Shown here piece by piece: positions 34,330 through 48,550 of a stretch of 64,000 nt of DNA (position 1 is the stretch's first letter; the number at the start of each line of letters is the position of its first letter). The position numbers and the translations under genes were made by a program. The DNA comes from Torpedo marmorata (Eukaryota). The stretch is from the NCBI GenBank assembly GCA_977017645.1, contig OZ360219.1:1984001-2048000 (forward strand), given 5' to 3'. The notes beneath the pieces are model-generated. The model had not been told where the DNA came from. It searched no databases and saw nothing but the letters and a program-made list of their open reading frames with translations.

Positions 34330-37300
34330 TGATGAGCCCATCAATAACTTCAAAAGACTAGAAGTTACACAAGAACTGAAAGGCTTTTATTGGCAAAAGA
34401 GTGGAGCTACATTTGTGCTGGTGATCTGTCCCGGACTGGGGGAGGAGTGGTGACACAATGGCCTTTATTCAGGGGGTCTGTGGGAGGAGCCACCGGGACA
34501 GTCAGCAGAGGGCATGTCCAGACCTATCACCCAGCCCACAACCTATACATAGTGGTTTACCACATTCACCCCTCCTTTTTAAGAGTCCAACGGGGTGAAG
34601 GGTATAACAATATTTACAAAGAATTCAAATTACAAATCGAGTCGATCAGGCGGTCGAGTCCGCCGCTGTGATCGGCGCAGTACTTGTGGTGATGGGGCAG
34701 GCGGCGGTGCTGCCTCCTGCCTGATTTGGGGTACCAGCACATCTGGCATTCGCAAAACCTCGGGTGAACATGCCGGTACGTTTGGTGTCATGTTTGAATT
34801 GGGTGGTGCCTCTTGTGTGTCCTTAATGGTAGGTACGTGGGTAACAGTATCTATGGAGTGTTCGAGGGAGGCGGCGGGTCCCAGTGCTCCTGCGGGCGCC
34901 AGGTCCTGGATGGAGACCGTGTCTTCCCGCCCATCAGGAAAGACCACGTAGGCGTACTGGGGGTTCGCGTGTAATAATTGAACTCTCTCGACCATTTATT
35001 GCTCCTGACATGTTTCCGGAGCAGCACTGGCCCTGAGGACATCAGCCATGCTGGTAGGGTAGTCCCGGTGGTTGACTTCCTGGGGAAGGAAAAGAGCCTC
35101 TCATGAGGTGTAGCATTGGTGTATGTGCATAGCAGAGATCGGATAGAGTGGAGTGCCTCGGGAAGGACTTCTTGCCAGCGGGAGACTGGTAATACCTTAG
35201 ACCTGAGGGCTAAGAGTGTGGCCTTCCAGACCGTGGCATTCTCCCTCTCCACTTGTCCATTGCCCCGTGGGTTATAGCTCATGGTCCTGCTAGTCGCGAT
35301 ACCCCTGGCCAGCAGGTATTGGCGCAGCTCGTCACTCATAAATGAGGACACTCGGTCACTATGGATATAGCAGGGGTATCCAAACAATGTGAAGAGTTTG
35401 CGGAGGGCTTTTATGACTGAGGTGGTAGTGGTATCGGGGCAGGGAATGGCGAAAGGGAACCGCGAGTACTTGTCAATGACATTGAGGAAGTATACATTGT
35501 GGTTGGTGGAGGGAAGGGGGCCCTTAAAGTCGACGCATAGTCACTCAAATGGGCAGGTTGCTTTTATCAACTGTGCCTTGTCAGGTTGGTAGAAGTGTGG
35601 TTTGCATTCTGCGCAGACTTGGCAGCTGCCAGTCATCGTCCCGACCTCTTCCAGGGAGTACGGCAGGTTACGGGCTTTCACAAAGTGGAAAAGCCGGGTG
35701 ACTCCGGGGTGGCAGAGGTCGCAGTGGAGGGCACATAACCAGTCGATCTGTGCGCTAGCGCACGTCCCCCGGGATAGAGCATCGGATGGCTCATTGAGCT
35801 TCTCGGGCCGGTACATTATATCATAGTTGTAGGTGGAGAGTTAAATTCTCCACCTCAGGATTTTATCATTTTTGATTTTACCCCGCTGCTGGCTGCTGAA
35901 CATGAATGCGACTGAGCGTTGGTCAGTCAGCAGGGTAAACCTTTTGCCGGCCAGATAGTGCCTCCAGTGCCTGATAGCTTCCACTATGGCTTGGGCCTCG
36001 TTCTCCACCGCTGAGTGCCGAATTTCTGGGCCTTGAAGGGTACGGGAGAAGAACGCCACTGGTCTTCCCGCCTGGTTGAGGGTAGCAACCAGTGCGAAGT
36101 CGGACGCGTCGCTCTCTACTTGAAAGGGAGTGGACTCGTCCACCGCATGCATTTCTGCTCTGGCAATGTTCCCTTTTATGAGGCTGAAAGCCTCACGTGC
36201 CTCCGCTGCAAGGGGAAAAGTGGTGGACTTGACTAGGGGTCTGGCCTTGTCCGCATAATTAGGGACCCATTGAGCATAGTAAGAAAAGAAGCCCAAGCAC
36301 CTTTTGAGGGCTCTGAGGGTGTGTGGAAGCGGTAGTTCCAACAGGGGGCGCATGCGGTCGGGGTCGGGGCCGATGACCCCGTTCTCCACAACACACCCCA
36401 GGATAGCGAGTCGGGTGGTTCCGAACACGCACTTACCCTTGTTATAGGTGAGGTTAAGTGCTTTGGCCGCCTGGAGGAACTTCCGAAGATTGTTATCGTG
36501 GTCCTGCCAGTCGTGACCGCAGATAGTGATGTTGTCTAGGTATGGAAAAGTGGCCTTTAATTTGTATTGGTCCACCATCTTATCCATCTCCCTCTGGAAG
36601 ACAGATACCCCATTTGTGACCCCAAAGGGGACGCGCAGGAAATTATAGAGTCTGCCGTCCGCCTCGAAGGTGGTGTAGGGGACGTCCTCCCGGCGAATGG
36701 GGAGCTGGTGGAAGGCAGATTTGAGGTCTATGGTGGAGAATAGCTTATATTGGGCTATCTGGTTCAACATATCTGCGATGCGTGGTAGAGGGTATGCGTC
36801 AAGCTGTGTGAACCTATTGATGGTCTGGCTATAATCTACCACCATCCTGTTTTTCTCCCCGTTCTTGACGACCACCACCTGGGCCCTGCAGGGACTCGTG
36901 CTCGCCTCGATGATCCCTTCCCCAAGTAATCGCTGCAACTCTGACTTTTTAAAAAAAATATTTTATTTAAAATTTTTAAATCACACAATACACTGTATAA
37001 AATGCAAAATTATCAAAATACATGTGATACCTCTGACTTAATGAATGCCCTGTCCCCTGTGCTGTATCTCCTGCTTTTGGTTGCCACGGCTTTACAATCA
37101 GGGGTCAGATTGGCGAATGGTGTTGGGGGCGGGATCTTGAGTGAGGATAGACCGCAAGTAGTGTGGTGTGACGAAATATTTCTGCCGTTTTTAAGAAATT
37201 GGTGATTACCGACCGTAATTGGTGGGAGGGGACTGTCATACTCCATGGTCACACTTTGGAGGTGACTCTGGAAGTCAAGCCCCAGTAGTACAGGTGCACA

Positions 37301-38765
37301 CAGTCGGGGCATGACCAATAGCGTGAAGTCCCGGTATTTAGTGTCCTGGACCACTAGCGTCGCTACACAACCCCCCCGGATGTCTGTTGTGTGCAACCCT
37401 CTTGCTTACCGGCTGTGTCTTGAGGCAGCATCGCTGTACTGTGTCAGGGTGGATGAAGCTCTCTGTGTTGCCCGTGTCGAACGGGCAGTTTTTTCTGTGT
37501 CCCTCGACCAGGATGTCCATCATCGACCTCGCGAGTTGATGGGGTGCACTCTGATCGAGTGTAACTGACGCCAACGTTGAGTCGCTGTCTTGATCCGACG
37601 CAATGGAGTGCCTGCTGTCCCGCGATGGCGGCACCCTGTGTCGGCGTGATGGCATGTAACAAAATGGCCGCTCCCATGCCTCGCACGTGTTGGCCGCGGG
37701 TAAGTAAGATGACGGCGATGGAAGTGATGACACACAAGATGGCCGCCCCCAAACCTCGCACGCGGCGCTGCTCGATCCCGCACGTGGTTTAGATCTACAG
37801 ACCTTAGCGAAATAGCCTTTCATCCCGCAGCTGGAGCAGGTCGCTTCTCGGGCCGGGCAACATTTCCGGGGGTGCTTTTCAAGTCCGCAGAAGTAGCATT
37901 TCTCGGACTCGCGGATGACGGCTGCTGTGGTCAATTCACCGGCATGGTGTGGGGTCTACGGTATCCACGGAGTCTGCGGGAGATCGCGCACCGGTATAGC
38001 ATCAGAGTTTTGTAGCGCGGCCTCCGGTGTATCGGCCAGATCGATCGCGGAACGGAAGGTGAGGTCAGCTTGTTCCAGCAGCCGCTGGCGCACATACACT
38101 GACCTGGTCCCCGTAACAAAAACGTCTCTTACTAGGAGCTCTGCATGTTGTTCGGCCGTCAGTCCCTGGCAGTCGCAGGCCCGCACGAGTGTTTGTAGGG
38201 CCTGTACGAACTCCACGCTCGACTCCCCGGGCCACTGCTGCCGCGTCGCTAGCCAGTGTCACGCATACACAGTATTAACAGGCCGTATATACTGCCTTTT
38301 AAGGGCATTCATAGCGTCTTCATAAGTCTGAAGATCTCGGATCATGGAGTAGACTCGTGGGCTTACCCTAGAGAGGAGAACCTTGCATTTTGCAGTGTCT
38401 TCCTGTACTTTGATCTCCTCCAGGAACGACTCAAAACAGGCTAGACAGAGTTCGAAAGCATTGCCAGCCTCTGGTGTTTGTGGATCGAGGTCCAGTTTTT
38501 CTGGTCTCAAGACATGCTCCATGCTTACAATTTTGCCAATAAAATTAACTTCAAAAGACTAGAAGTTACACAAGAACTGAAAGGCTTTTATTGGCAAAAG
38601 AATGGAGCTACATTCGTGCTGGTGATCTGTCCCGGACTGGGGGAGGAGTGGTGGCACAATCGCCTTTATTCAGGGGGTCTGTGGGAGGAGCCACCGGGAC
38701 AGTCAGCAGAGGGCATGTCCAGACATATCACCCAGCCCACAACCCATACATAGTGATTTACCACA
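34330..38765 (-). mobile_element. Degenerate Ty3/Gypsy element related to 16778-21475
   Basis: LTRs 34330-34564 and 38546-38765; TSD ATTAC; same PPT; fragmented gag/pol ORFs highly similar to the young copy (YLDN instead of YLDD). Confidence 0.92.
36948..37030 (-). mobile_element. ~83-bp L1-type 3' tail inserted into Gypsy pol
   Basis: 9-bp TSD CTCTGACTT; AATAAAATATT/A-rich end like the other L1s here. Confidence 0.7.
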
Positions 38766-39234
38766 ATTACCAATCCCTGAGGGTAGAAGTTTGGAGCAGT
38801 GAACAGAATTAGCTGAGGTAAGTTATAACACAGCAAAGGATTGATCGATTTGGACATTAAGAGGACAGTTCACAAAGAAATGGTTATCATATTTTAATGG
38901 GAAAAAAGTGGGGAGAAGGGGGGAGGTAAGAGGTTGCCTGTCATTTAGAGCAAGGTACAAGAATGTGAAAATGAATGGGAGAGGGAAATGGATTAAAGAT
39001 AACTGAAGTGGTGGTGAACATCAACGAAAATATGGGAACTAGGTATGAAATCTATCAGCGAACCAAGTCACTTAGTTATTCAAGATTCAAGGTTCATTTT
39101 ATTATATATAAAATACACAAAATTTGTTAACTTTTGCTTGCCATGAAGGCACACGAAGTGGCACCACTCGCCCGGCACCCCTGCCAATAAGAGAAAGAGA
39201 AGCAAAAGGGAGTCTCTTCAGAAACATCAGGTGT

Positions 39235-42110
39235 AATCAGAATCTTTACAAGATGATAGTAAAATTGATAATTATTTATCTCAGATAAATTTGCCAACAT
39301 TAAATGTACAAGAGCGATTAGAATTAAGCACACAGATTACACAAAGGGAAGTAAAGGACGCAATTAGCTCATTACAAAGTAATAAAGCGCTGGGAGAGGA
39401 TGGTTTCCCACCAGAGTTTTATAAAGAATTCAAGGAATTATTGACTCCCGTTTTTATGGATATGTTACAACAAGCATCAGTGACCCATACACTTCCAGAG
39501 TCTTTCTCAACTGCAATAATTACAGTAATACCAAAAAAGGATAGAGATCCATTGAAACCCTCTTCATATAGACCAATTTCATTACTGAATACAGATTATA
39601 AGATTGTAGCAAAAATTCTGGCAAATAGAATAACAAAATTTCTGCCAAAGTTAGTAAATATGGATCAAACAGGCTTCATAAAAAAAAGACAAGCAGCAGA
39701 CAATGTAGCAAGATTACTTTGCATTATGTATTTAGCCCAAAAAAGGAAAGTACGAAGTGTAGCAGTGGCTTTGGATGCAGAAAAAGCTTTTGATAGGTTG
39801 GAATGGGACTTTTTATTTAAAGTTTTGGAAAAATTTGGGTTTGGGAAGACTTATATAGATTGGATTAAAGTGTTATATGACGCTCCAAAAGCCAAAGTAG
39901 TGACAAATGGACAAATATCAACCCCCTTTTATTTAACAAGATCTAGTCGGCAAGGGTGCCCATTGTCACCAGCTCTATTTGTATTAGCTATAGAACCGTT
40001 AGCAGAAGCGATTAGAAGTGATGTGGCAATTAAAGGATTTACAGTTGGTCAAGAGCAACATAAAATAAGTCTATTTGCGGATGATGTGTTAATATATTTG
40101 ACAGAACCTGAGACTTCTTTGCAAAGGTTACATTTTAAATTGGAGGAATATGGAAAAGTTTCTGGATATAAGATAAATTGGGATAAAAGTGAAGTTATGC
40201 CTCTTACAGAAGGAGACTACGCTCTATGTAAAAGAATTACCCAGTTTAAATGGCCACATAATGGAATAAAATATCTAGGGGTTCGGACAGATAATAAACT
40301 AAAGAATTTATACAAGTGGAACTATGTACCATTGCTTAATAAGATTAAGGAGGATCTAGAGAAATGGATGAATCTACCAATCACATTGATAGGAAGAGTT
40401 AATTGTATTAAAATGAATATATTTCCAAGGATACAGTATCTATATCAGACTATACCTATTTCATTACCACAGGTATTTTTTCAAGACTTAAATAAACAGG
40501 TGCGAAAATTTTTATGGAAAGGAAAAATGTCAAGAGTATCGATGGAACGTTTAACATGGAAGTATGAAATGGGAGGTTTACAACTCCCTAATTTTAAGAA
40601 CTATTATAGAGCGGCACAGATGCGTTTTATTGCTTCTTTTTTTGAAACTGAAGAAAGACCTGCGTGGGTTGGAATAGAACTTGGAGAAATAGGAGAGAAG
40701 ACACCACAAGAATTTATATATAGATGGAATTCAAAACTGTTGACAGGTGTTAAAGAAACACCGTTATTAAAACATTTGATTAATGCTTGGAATAAGGTTA
40801 ATGACGATATAGGATTGAAAGGAAGTATATCACCTAAAGTGCCATTGATACAGAATAATTTGATACCATTTACAAAGGATAACCCTTTTTTAAATACATG
40901 GTCATTAAAAGGAATAAAGAAGATAGAAGATTGTTATGAAGGAAATCAAACGATGTCATTTATACAATTACAGAATAAATACGGAATACCTAGAAATACA
41001 TTTTTTTGCTATCTTCAACTAATAGCTTATTTAAGAGAAAAATTAGGTCCAGACATGGTGTTACAAGATTGTAGTGAGGTAGAAACTATTATTAGGAAAG
41101 GAAATACTAAGAAATTTACTTCTATAGTATATTCTTTGTTACAGAGGGGAGCTTTAAAATGAGGACTTCATAAGTCTAGACAAAGATGGGAACAAGATCT
41201 TAATATTACAATTGATGAAAAAAGATGGTCGGATCTATGTTTAGATAGTATGACTAATACTGTTAATGTAAGATATAGACTGGTACAGTACAACTTTTTA
41301 CATCAATTATATCTCACACCACAAAAATTGAACAAGATGAACTCTGCAATATCAAATAGATGTTTTAGATGTGGTGAAGAAGAAGGAACTTTTTTACATT
41401 CAACGTGGTCATGTTCAAAAGTTAAAGATTTTTGGACAGAGTTAGGAAATCGGTTAAAACAAGTTACAGGTGTTACATTTCCTCAAAATCCTGACTTGTT
41501 CTTATTGGGAAATGTAGAAGGAGCTAGACCAAAATTGAAATTATCTATATGGCAATTAAAGTTCGTAAAAATTGCATTAGCAGTAGCTAGGAAATGTATA
41601 GCAGTAACTTGGAAATCGGATACAAATTTGAGTATGAGTAGATGGAATTCAGAGATGCAGAGTTGTATTCCATTGGAAAAAATAACGTACAATATGAGGA
41701 ATAAATATGGATTCTTTTTGCAAATTTGGCGTCCATTTATCCAATTATTAGGAATGAATATTTAAATATGTTGCCCTACATCCCAGACCCTGCTGACTCT
41801 CTTAAGTTTAAATTTGAAGAATGAACATTGTTGAATTTCTTGCATCGAGCCATAGATCTGTACAGATATATTTTCAGTTTTTCTTTTCCTTTCTCTATTC
41901 TTTGCTAGTTCTAGTATGGGGAGGGGATAAGGGATGGGAAGGGTGGAGGGTGGGTTGTTTTAGTAAGGGTGGGTTTGGATGGGGTTAGATTCATGGTAAT
42001 ACGAAATTCCTTTGTATCGAACTTAACCAATGTTTACTATGTATTTTATGTTATTTTGTATTATTGTGAAAAATTTGAAAAATTTAAAATAAAATATTAA
42101 AAAAAAAAAA
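39235..42110 (+). mobile_element. 5'-truncated L1-clade LINE
   Basis: 15-bp TSD AGAAACATCAGGTGT (39220-39234, 42111-42125); poly(A) tail. Confidence 0.93.
39237..41765 (+). pseudogene. L1 ORF2 (RT plus C-terminal zinc finger) with a single in-frame stop at 41160-41162
   Basis: YRPISLLN, LDAEKAFD, RQGCPLSP, LFADD, CFRC..H..WSC; ORFs 39291-41162 and 41250-41765 share a frame. Confidence 0.88.
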
Positions 42111-43683
42111 AGAAACATCAGGTGTCCGTAGATTCACCTCCAGCTCTCCCGCAGCCTCTGCAGCCACACAGTCTCCTGTGTGTTCCAGCAGTGAACCCGA
42201 GCTCCTGGTTCCAAACCAATATGATTCAGGAAACTGCTAACACCCGAGGTACTTTGGGAGCTCTGTTTGCCATCGGCACTTTTACGACTTACGATCCTGA
42301 TCCCTGGTTCCCACGAGCCAGTCTCCAGCAGCCCACAGCCTGGTGTGAGTCATTCACTCGCCGAGCCCTTCACTGGTCTGCTGCTGGGGTCACGTTCCCT
42401 GTAGGGTCGTCTCCTAGGCTTCTCCCACCCACTGCACCGGTCCGGTTGGCTGATCCCTTGAAGCCTGCAACCCTTGCGGTCTGCTCGTAATAGAATCTGG
42501 TGGCAGTTGATGGAAATGTGGGGAGAACAGATTACAGAGAAAATTATTGAGGAACGGGATCCCTCTGTGAATCAATGGGTCAAAATGTCCTCCTTCTATA
42601 AGGAAATATGAAATATGGAATAACAATAAAAATAACTTCCAACAGAAGATACACAAACTATTAAAAAGCATTCAGTTTACCTCCAAACATTGTTATTTTT
42701 CATTGTTATTATGCAGTAAAGTCAACTGTTAGGAAGCCTTTCTCTCTCAGAAATCTCACATGTTTGTTGACTGTTTTTTTTAATTCATTGACCAATCATA
42801 TATGACTGTGGATCTTTTCAAATTAGTTGTAAGAAAAGCTTCACCATTGCTTAATAGTTATATTTATAATCATGTCTTCCAACTTTTGATTTATCTCAAG
42901 AGCTTAAATAATTTAGGCACATTATTTCCAGATGTATAGATCTCAAAAAAAAGCTTTTAAGTATTCAATACAAAAAACATTAAATGGTCCATTGGCCAAG
43001 TTAAAGGTAGATTGTAAATATATTAAAAATATTCATTTATTGAAAACATTGTGATTATATGAGAGAGCATATGCAAAAATATTCAGAAGATTTTTCCTCT
43101 GTTTAATATTCAGCATGAATTAGGAAATTATGATTAGATATGGACTGTTCTATTCATAAATTTATTCTTTTCTGCAAGTTTGCTCTCATCAGTGTGTTAC
43201 AAAAGATCATTTCCAGAAAATATAGATTGAATTAATTTTGTTTTAAGGACAAAAATAGGAGTAACCCGCTCCCACCATTTTATTCTGGCCTCCATTATTT
43301 CAATGTCATTTTTCCACTTGACATTACAAGTTGGATGGTTCAAGTCTCAGATGAGAAACTTCAGCACAAGTATCTAAAGTGATTTTTCCAGAGCTGCATT
43401 GAGCAAGTGTAACAATATTGGATGTGTTGCCTCACAGACATTAAATTGAGACTCCATCTGTTATGTCAGGTGGACATAAAGATCCCGTGTCACTGTTTAG
43501 AAGTGTGTGTGAAATATTCAGTGTTCTGGCCAAAATTTATCCTTCTAGCTTAGCATCATTACGAAGATTGGAATAAACTGAACTGTGGTGGCTTGGGCTG
43601 TGCTTCTGAAGGAAACCACTGGTATTCTACCAATTTATATTTGGGATAGAATGAATGACTAATACCAACATATTTTGCAACAG

Positions 43684-43890
43684 GGTAGCATGGTTAGTGT
43701 AGAGGTTAGCACAACACTGTTACAGCACCAGCGACCTGGGTTCGAATCCGGCGCTGTCTGTAAGGAGTTTGTACATTCTCCCCGTGTCTGCGTGGGTTTT
43801 CTCCCACCCTTCAAAAATGTACGATTGTAGGTTAATTGGGTGTAATTGGGCCAGAAGGGCCTGTTCCCGTGCTGTATGTCTAAATTTAAA
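43684..43890 (+). mobile_element. tRNA-derived V-SINE (HE1-like)
   Basis: A/B boxes (GGTTAGTGTAG.., GGTTCGAATCC) and core TTCTCCCCGTGTCTGCGTGGGTTT. Confidence 0.8.
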
Positions 43891-43999
43891 AATTTAGATG
43901 CAGTTGCAATCATCATTGGTTTACCAAAAAATAAATAAACCTTTCAAGACTATTAATCCAACATCAATTGAATTATTTATTTGACTGAATAAAACTATT

Positions 44000-46900
44000 A
44001 GATAATGCATTTTGGGCTGTGAAATGTCAACAGGACATATACACTAAATGGCAGGGATCTCAGGTGTGTTGAGGTAGAGAGGAACCTTGGGGTGTAAGTT
44101 AATAGCTCCCTGTAAATGGTGATGCAGCTTGATAAGGTCATGAAGAAGACAATTGACATGTTTTTCTTCATAGGCCGAGGCACTGAGTATAAAAGTTGGG
44201 ATGTCACGTTACAGCTTTACAAATCATTTGGAATCATTTGGTTGCATTTGGAATATTTTATATTGTTCTGGTCACTATACCACAGCAAAGATGTGGCGGC
44301 ATTAGAAAGAGGGAAGATGATATTCACCAGGATGTTACCTGGGATGGAGGGCTGTAGTCAATTGGAGAGATGGGATAGGTTGGGGTTATTCTCACTGGAA
44401 TGTAGAAGGATGAGGGGTGACTTTATAGAGGTTAGAAAATGTTGGTGTCGATTATGATAGAGAAGATAGTTACAATTTTTGTCATGGGGTGTGGAAGTGT
44501 AAAACTAAAGGGCATAGGTTTAAGGCAAGAGGAGAAAAATTCGAGGGGCAAGTTTTTCACACAAAGTGTGGTGGTTATATGGAACGAACTACCAGCGGAA
44601 GTAGTAGAGGCAGATACATTTACAATGTTTAAAATGCATTTGTTATTTTAATAGGTAAATTATATAATAAACTGGTGGTATTGGCGAATGTTTATACTCC
44701 AAACATTGATGATCCAGCATTTTTTGAAAAGTTTTTTTCCTTTTTACCTGATTTAAATCAGTATTCATTGATTTTTGGAGGTGATTTTAATTGCTGTTTG
44801 AATACGATTTTAGACCGTTCTTCATTAAAATTAGCAACTCTCTCGAAATCTGCAGTTTTATTACATTCCTTAATGTCGAATTATGGTATTATAGATGTTT
44901 GCCGTTTTTTAAATCCCACTAGTAGAGAATATTCTTTTTTGTCCAATTTTGGTGCATCGTTCTTATATGAGGATAGATTACTTTTTAATTGATAATCAAT
45001 TAACCTCTATGACTAAATCATGTGAATATCAAGCAATAGTGATTTCTGATCATGCTCCAGTTATTTTATCTATGAACTTCTATGATATCCCATTTACAAA
45101 AAGACATTAGTGATTTAATACGACTCTCCTTGAAAATCAAGATTTTTTAAACTTTATGGAGAAGCAAACACAGTTCTTTTTTGCTACTAACTCTTCTCCG
45201 ACGATGTCTAATTTGATAGTTTGGGACACTATGAAAGCTTATTTGAGAGAACAAATTATTTAATATACTGCTAATATTAAGAAGAAATCTAATAAGGAAA
45301 GATCTGATTTAATTAACCAGGTTAAACAAATTGACATTCAATTTTCTCAAAATAAAAATCCGGATTTGTCTAAGAGAAGAGTAGAGCTTAAAGCAAAATT
45401 TGATCTTCTATCTACTTATCCCATTGAACAACAATTGTTAAGAAGTAGAAGTTTCTTTTATATTCATGGAGAAAAAACTAGTAAGTTACTAGCTGGACAA
45501 TTGAAAGGAATTTCTGCTAAAAAACAAATAAATAAAATTAGGATGAAAGATGGAAAAATGACAACAGATTATATTAAAATTAATGAGACTTTTAAGGAAT
45601 TTTATTTTAACCTCTAAATCAGAATTTGATAATAATCATGACTTGATGTCGGAATTTTTGGATCGATTGAATTTTCCAGTACTACCTCACGATGAACGTG
45701 CAAGCTTGGAGAAACCTATTTCTAAAGAGGATATAGCTCTCACTATTTCCTCAGTACAGTCTGGTAAATCTCCAGGGCCAGTCGGATTTCCTGCGGAATT
45801 TTATAAATCTTTCTCCAAACAGCTTGTACCTCATCTGAGTGTGGTATTGGGTGACTCATTTAATGAGCGTAAGCTTCCCGCATCTTTTAATGAGGCCAGT
45901 ATTTCCTTAATTCTTAAAAAGGGTAAAGAATCGACTGAATGCACATCTTATAGACCCATTTCTTTACTTAATGTGGATATGAAGATTTTTTCTAAAGTAT
46001 TAGCACATAAATTAGAAAAGATTTTACCTTTAATTATCAATTCAGATCAGACTGGATTTATTAAAAATCGTTATTCATATTATAGCATTAATAGATTGTT
46101 GAATATTTTATATTTGCCTTCTACTCCGGCGACGGAATGTGTCCTTTCACTATATGCTGAAAAAGCATTCGATCGGGTGGAGTGGGAATATTTATTTGCT
46201 ATTTTAGATAAATTTAATTTTGGTTCTGATGTTATTAAATGGATTAAGTTACTATATTCTTGTCCTATGGCCTCAGTTCGATCTAATTTACAAAAATCAG
46301 ATATATTTCGGCTTTATAGAGGAACCCGACAAGGTTGCCCGTTAAGTCCTTTGCTTTTTGATATAGTATTAGAACCTTTAGCTGTTGCTCTTCGACATTG
46401 TAGAGAATTTAAAGGTATAACTAGAAACGGAATTGAACACAAAGTATCTCTCTATGTGGACAATTTATTGTTATTTATTTCAAACCCTGAAGTTTCTATG
46501 CTAAATATATTAACTCTATTTACTCAATTTAGTCAATTTTCAGGGAATAAATTAAACCTACAAAAGAGTGAACTATTGCTCTTAAAAGGACCTCTTATTG
46601 GTTATTCCAATTTTCCATTTAAAATAGTGAACGATCAATTCCAATACTTAGGAATAACAATTACAAAAAACCATAAAAATTTACTGAAATAAAATTTTGG
46701 GTATAAGGTTAAATTACAATTAACGGGTTGGTCACCCTTATCAATTACAATGATGGGCCGTATTAATTTGATTAAAATGAATATTTTGCCTAAATTTTTA
46801 TATATTTTCCAATCTTTACCAATTTTTATTCCTAAAACCTTTTTTATTTCATTGGATTCAATTCTTTCTTCATATATATGGCAGGGAAAACATCCACGTA

Positions 46901-48550
46901 TAAATAAATCCCATCTTCAAAAAATCAAAAGGAATGGAGGGTTATCATCGCCCATCCTGGGTGGAAATGGAATTGAAGTTTTCCAAAAAAAATCTATGTT
47001 AGCAATTTTAGGATCCTTTTTACCATTTTCATTTGTTAAATTAACTCATAATCCGGTATTGAGGAATATATGTTTAGAATATTTTTTGGATTTAATAGTT
47101 TTTATTTGGCTAGTCCTATGAAAGATAATCACCTTTTCCAGCCATCTGTGATGGATGTTGGATTTAGGGAATGGTATAGATTGGGAATTCATAGTTTTAA
47201 TGATCTTTTTATTCGAGATAGTTTTGCCACTTTCGAACAATTGGTAAATAAATTTAATCTTACTAACAGACATTTTTTTAGATACTTACAAATTAGACAT
47301 TTTGTTCAGTCTAAGATTTCAGATTTTCCTCGAATTTTAAGTTCTAATTTTCTCGATTTACTTTTTAATATACGGTTCTTTTTTCAACGTGGATTACCAT
47401 CATGTATATATAATAATTTATTGGAAATCAGAGTAGCTTCTATGACGGGGATCAAGAATGAATGGGAACGTGATTTGAATGTTACATTTTCAGATCAAGA
47501 TTGGTACAATGCTCTTGATCTAATTAACGCCTCATCTTTTTGTGCTAGACACTGTTTATTACAATTTAAAGTGGTGCATAGAATTCATATGTCTAAACTT
47601 AAACTATCACGTTTTTACTCTGATATAGATCCATTGTGTGAGAGATGTAACATTTTTGAAGCTTCACTGATACATATGTTTTGGGAATGCCCCAATTTGG
47701 AGATATTTTAGAAGGATATTTTTAAATCTTTATCATTAATTTTTAAGATTAATATTGAACCATGTCCTATAATTGCTCTGTTTGGTTTTTCATATGAATT
47801 TAACAAACCTTTGTCTGCATCACAGGAAAAAGTTTTAGCTTTTTCCACATTGATTGTCAGACGAGCAATTTTATTGAAATGGAAAGATGAGTTATCACCG
47901 ACACATAAACAGTGGTTACTAGATGTAATGTCCTTTCTGAGTTTGGAGAAAATTAGATATAATATTAAAGATAGAAAGTTTCAATTTTTAAAGATCTGGG
48001 GGCCATTCATTGAATACTATCATGTTTGGAAGAATTAACAAAACTGACTATCCCGGGGACTCTCTGTCTGATGCTTGGAGGTTGCTACCGGATCCATATA
48101 CTTTTTTACAATATCAAGGTAACCTTGCTTAGAGGGAGGGGTTAGAATAGATTAGTTATTAGTGTTTTGTTTTTTTTTTGTCTTTTTTTTTCTTTCTTTT
48201 TATTTTATTTTCAAGTTTTTTTTTTAAAGATAATTATAAGGAACTAAAGTTTTAACCTATATTAAGAATTTAGTTAAGACAATTTACTTAGGTTTTTTTT
48301 ATATACATTTATGAATACCAGCTGATTTTTTGAATGTTTTTCTTAATCTTGATACTCTGTATACATGTTTATTATTGAAACTCAATAAAAATATTTTAAA
48401 AAGAAAATGCATTTGTACAGATACTTGGATAGGAAAGGGGTAGAGTGAAGAAAAATTAATGTGGGCAAATGGGGTTCAGGTGAAGAGGTATTATAGCCAG
48501 TGTGGACAAGGGACTGTTCTTACTCTGTACAACTCAACGACTCTCCATGA
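44000..48550 (+). mobile_element. CR1 fragment split by L1 insertion
   Basis: ORF 44116-44457 is CR1-like; sequence resumes after 48404. Confidence 0.75.
44644..48403 (+). mobile_element. Second L1-clade family, 5'-truncated and degenerate (partial EN, RT, Zn finger)
   Basis: NVYTPN, GGDFN, SDH, RQGCPLSP; 13-bp TSD AAAATGCATTTGT (44631-44643, 48404-48416). Confidence 0.9.

Noticed and set aside
43684-43755. tRNA gene (also ~60770-60847)
   Set aside because: tRNA-like head continuous with a V-SINE core.
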